This document shows positions 42,640 to 46,878 of a stretch of DNA of 46,878 bases, piece by piece. Source of the stretch: Chromera velia (lineage: Eukaryota); the NCBI GenBank assembly GCA_018398765.1, contig JAHBMJ010000485.1:1-46878 (forward strand). Direction: 5' to 3'. Position numbers and translations under genes: made by a program. The notes beneath the pieces are model-generated. The model saw only the letters and a program-made list of their open reading frames with translations. It made no database searches and was not told the origin of the DNA. The number at the start of each line of letters is the position of its first letter. Within the stretch, counting starts at the first letter, position 1.

Positions 42640-43159
42640 TACATAATACAGTTAGGAGTTACTACCGGCCCCTTTTAACTAGTAGCGAGTTACCGTCAGT
42701 TTGGTAACTATGAGATGGTAACCAGCGGACTTGAAAGCGTGTATCACTACCATAGTAGTTCAAAGGAAAACTCGGGTACGAAAAACAGTTGCTAAACCCA
42801 TTTTAAAGCCTGACTACTTAAGTCATTAGCAGTTTAAAGCCCTGAAATGATCATACTAAAAGAATATATGCTATACATAATGATATACTAGTTGGAGCAA
42901 GTTAGAATTCAGTCATAAAATGATGAACATTGAGTTTTACTAGAATAAACTTTTGATAAATGTCAAAAATATGATTTTTACTAGTCTAAAATTGGTTTTG
43001 TAAGTTAAGTTTGTCTCAAAATATGGCCAAATCTGCCTGTTTTTAGCTATTACTACTACTATTCGAACATTACTACCGTAACTATAAAATTGGTAACCGG
43101 GCGGCCTAGCGGCCGCCTAGTAACCGTCCTACTTTCGTTACTCCTAACCGTACTGTGTA
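42640..43159. mobile_element. 520-bp MITE with 8-bp TSD
   Basis: 20-bp TIR TACAYARTACRGTTAGGAGT (3 mismatches) and perfect TSD AAAACTTT (42632-42639, 43160-43167). Confidence 0.8.
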
Positions 43160-43829
43160 AAAACTTTACAGTAGACTGTCAGTAGTAACTTTTATAACTT
43201 AAATTATTTATGCTAGTATTTATGGGGGCGACCTCTATATAAGACAAAACGGCGACAGTGCTCTAGGGCACCACTAAATAAGTCTAAATCACTTATCACT
43301 TATCACTCACAATAGGGGGGATTCCCCAGGGGAAATGCATTAATTTAGAATCCTTTTCTAGCACGTCCGCCTCACTCTTGCCCTTCGATCCGTTTACACA
43401 ACAGTGCAGCACACCTGGCTAAATTACAACACGCTAAGTTCTAGAATTCAGTTACAATAAGTTTTTAATTCTAGTATATCTACCCCAGGGCCTCAGTGAA
43501 TCGCTCAATCATCACGTATATCTATATCTAGTTATATATAGTCATGGTGTAAAGAGAATTATAATTCGATATAATGACTATCATGATGATGATCATATAT
43601 AACATATAATGTATCATTGATGTTAATACATTGAATCAGGCCTAAATTTTTTTAAAGGGGGGTGAACGAGCCCTAGAATGAGCCTAGGAACCAGCCATCT
43701 CCATAACAAACTTATCCTAGTCTCTTTTTCTTTGCAATGTCTAAATTATGTTTTCCTAGGTGTTTCTTCTTCTACTTTTTGCGTACGTGTCTTTCTCCCA
43801 GCTTGGCTCAGCATTTGCTGATTTCTGAA

Positions 43830-46163
43830 TCATGATTTGATCATCTCCTCAAGGGCGGTGCAGAGAATTTCAGCGTATTCGGGCGGGCGGGGGACCAGGG
43901 TCGGATCGTCTCTCGACAGCATCTGCAGGCATGATTTTTTTTTAACACTCAAAGAAGTAAGCAACGGGAGGAGGGAGGGGAGAAAGAAAGGGAGAGCGGG
44001 AGAGAAGGAAGGAAACAAAGCAGAGTGCCGCATCATGCAAGGAGGTGTCGGTGAAGACAGACAGAGCGCCAGGCAGGCAGAGACTGCTCCATTAATATTT
44101 GGTAACCGGAAAATCGGAGCAAACGGCTGACAAACAAACAAACGGGCTCTTACAAGACGAGATCCTTAACTCGGACAGAACAGGAGGACCGTCGGTGAAT
44201 CATCAGGGATCCATCCAATTTCATTCTGGAACCACCATAGCCCATCAATACTTCGTTCGAGCAGAGAAAGACAGACCGCCGTCTCTGCTCACTGACCTCT
44301 CGCAGTTCCCCGATGGAGACCGTCTTCAGACCTGCGACCTCCGCCTCCAGAGGAGAGAGCCTCCCATCCTTCAGAAGACCCTCCAGACCCATCGCGCCGT
44401 CTCCTTCTCCCCCCCCACACCGTCTGCATGTGAACAGAATAAGAATAGCACAGAATAGACATACACGTTTCAGAGAAAGTTCCTTTGTTGTACCACCATC
44501 TTCATTCGATGCACTGCAGAGACAAAGGCGCTCTTTCCCGTGCATGAACACATGTGTGCGTCTAACTGTGCCATGCAAAAAGATGCAAGCCAACTCAATG
44601 AAAGCAGACTGACAGCCGGCACGGATCCCACTCCTGACCCTGCCCCAAAGTAAACAAGCACCCAAATCGATTGAACTGAAATCTGCCGAACTTTGCAGAG
44701 ATTTTCTGTAACGACAGTTCAACAACTGTATTCCCTCCCGCAGGCCGACCTTAGTATGAACACATACTGGAACTCGTTGCATTGGAATCTTCCATGCTTT
44801 GCCGTCTTTCCTCCGACAGAATTTGCAACCACGAATCCAAACTCAAGCTGCCACTCCGACCCCTTCTCCCCCTCTCCAAGACGCGAACCCAGAGCCCGAC
44901 CCCAGGATCGAAGCTGGTCTCTTTGGGCCTCCACAGCGGCGGCACTTGCAGCATCTGCAGTTCCATCTCCCGAGGAAGCAACACACTGCGGAACCACAAG
45001 AGGGCCCAGGGACGCGTCCACCCCCTGCCCCCCCCACCCTCTATCAAGATCCCCACACACCCTCTCCAGCTCCCCTGCACCCTCCTGCCTCGTCAAACTC
45101 AAAATCCCTCTCTCTCCCTCCCCCCCCTCCTCCTTCTCCTTCCACTCGGCCCCCCTCAAAACACAGCCCTTCCCATGACTTTTTGATGCTGCGGGGGGGC
45201 ACAGGGAAAGGGTCAGCCCAACCTCCTCCCAGATTTCTCTCACTGCAGACCGCAAAGGGTCTCCACCCGCATCGATGTGCCCTGCAAGGAGGGGGAGAGT
45301 GAGGTGAGGACGGGCTGCTGAGTGGACACACATGCAGAGGCAGGGAAGAAGAAGCAGAAAGAAAGCTGAAAAGAGATGCTGAAGAACTTCACACAACGCC
45401 CATGCATCCACTGAGGGATGAGTACCAAAAATACTGACACCGGGCCAAACCTGTCAGTGAAAATTGAAAAGCTGTGTGACCTCTTGGCAGCCAAACTCCA
45501 CTTGTGTTTCTCTCGTGTTCCCATCACATCACCTGACTGATCCCCCCCCCTCCAGAATTACCCCGTCTCTTCCTTCGCCCGATGCAGTCAGCCGACTTTT
45601 GCAGGAAAACAAAAAATCTCACAGCACTGACCTGCCACGGACACATCCCACATCCCGGGGTGTGTGTCTTTGTGCTCCGAACGTTTCTGGAGCAACACGC
45701 GGCCGTCGTTGTCGGCCAGCCAGATGTGCACAGCCCTGTGCCATTCGCCGTCTCTGTGCACGTCTCCTCTGGACTTCTGGCGACTCGCAGAGACGATCAT
45801 CGCTTCCTTCCCCTGTACCTCCTTCTTCACCAAGTGTGCGAACGGGTGCATAAAGAGGTCAAACATCTCTGCAGAGCTCTGTCCTAGATGCCCAGCGTTG
45901 ACTTCGCTGCGACTTGCAACAGCGGTGGTCATTTTCTTTTTTCCTTTTCTCTTTCCGTCTCGTCGGTCGTAGCTTTGGGAGGGAAGTTGCGCGAACAGAG
46001 GATGGAGATGGCGGTGGAGACGGAAACCGCGGGAAGAAGACAAAAAGGGAGAAGAGAAAACACCAGAAGCCTTCCTGCTACTTATTCGACTACTCAAGAG
46101 ACGCTGGCACTGAAAAATGAGCATCCACACTGCAAGAGCTGGGGAAAAGGAGACGGCAAGCAT
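43830..46163 (-). CDS. Nudix hydrolase, IPP-isomerase-like / plant NUDX3 N-terminal type, 4 exons, about 427 aa
   Basis: Exons 46163-45632, 45281-44750, 44423-44297, 43922-43830 (1284 nt, GT-AG, phases consistent). Motifs RGDVHRDGEWHRAVHIWL, LLQKRSEHKDTHPGMWDVSVAGHIDAG, SAVREIWEEVGL, NEFQYVF, EAEVAG. The start codon is less certain (alternative MTTAVAS). Confidence 0.88.
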
Positions 46164-46309
46164 ACTTGCCTCTTACGGACGGGCAGGAGCGCCAGGTTCG
46201 CCGGACAGTGCCAGCACAGCGACTTGGTTCCTGAGGCAGATGACGAAGGCGCAACTTGAAAGGGTATCGTCACCGTGGGTCTCACTTCCTGACACGTTTC
46301 CTGACGAAG

Positions 46310-46390
46310 CATGACTGCATGAACCTGACTCGACGTCGAGTCCCCAACCGGCTCCATGCATGGACGGATCGCACGCATGCATGCAGTTTG
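46310..46390. promoter_or_regulatory. Palindrome and GCATGC motif cluster upstream of the Nudix gene
   Basis: GACTCGACGTCGAGTC (46327-46342), TCCATGCATGGA (46353-46364) and TGCATGCA (46378-46385), about 160-220 bp upstream of the ATG. Confidence 0.4.
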
Positions 46391-46878
46391 TATAGCGAAG
46401 TTGGGGGCCGGAAGAGTGAGAGGAGGAGAGGGAGATGAGGCAGTGCAGACAAGGCTGATGGACCGGTATTATAAAGTTCTTTCCTGCACGCTACAGCGTT
46501 TCGTTGCCGCAAATCTTCTCTGTTCAATTCACAGCAGGAGGGGAACCAGAGGGCCCTTCCAGCCTGAGTGCCTTCTCGGTAGGGAGGTCGCAGCGTTCTC
46601 CGGGTCTTTCGACTCGGAGGGCGCAAACTAAGCGATCCTTTTGTAATTGATTCTTTGTATACAAACAAGAAGGGAAAAAAAAGGGGGGGCAAGCGCATGA
46701 AAGGAAAGGAAGAAAAGAAGGTTGAGAAAATGAGGGGCAGATTAATGGGGGGGGTCTCTTTGAAGTTGTTCTCTGCCGTCAAAGGGTAGCCTTTGCCAAG
46801 GAGACAAACTTTTAGAAAGTTTTTGCCCTGCCTCTCCCCTCTTTTCGTTGTTCTCCAAGTTCTACTCTACCGCCGCTT

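Overview
Eukaryotic nuclear DNA with microsatellite-rich GT-AG introns and three N gaps. The style suggests a chromerid/alveolate such as Chromera, which is an inference only. Three intact multi-exon host genes could be spliced by hand: a NUFIP1/Rsa1 homologue (- strand, 9 exons) and a cyclophilin (+ strand, 7 exons), arranged head-to-head, plus a Nudix/IPP-isomerase-like hydrolase (- strand, 4 exons). The rest is mostly nested, decayed mobile DNA: a Ty1/copia-type gag-PR-IN element, several TIR elements with 8-bp or TA target duplications, a CRE-like RLE fragment and a 13.6-kb APE-RT LINE. Two structures stand out. (1) An LTR-like repeat pair is joined by TA plus a complete, precisely trimmed, CCA-bearing antisense tRNA-Trp (6545-7405). 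(2) The LINE is bounded by ~950-bp LTR-like direct repeats, has no poly(A), and carries a NAC-type UBA domain plus a zinc-ribbon/chromo-like module upstream of its endonuclease. Repeat copies differ almost only by transitions, including non-CpG ones. All coordinates and domain calls were made by eye; no searches were run.
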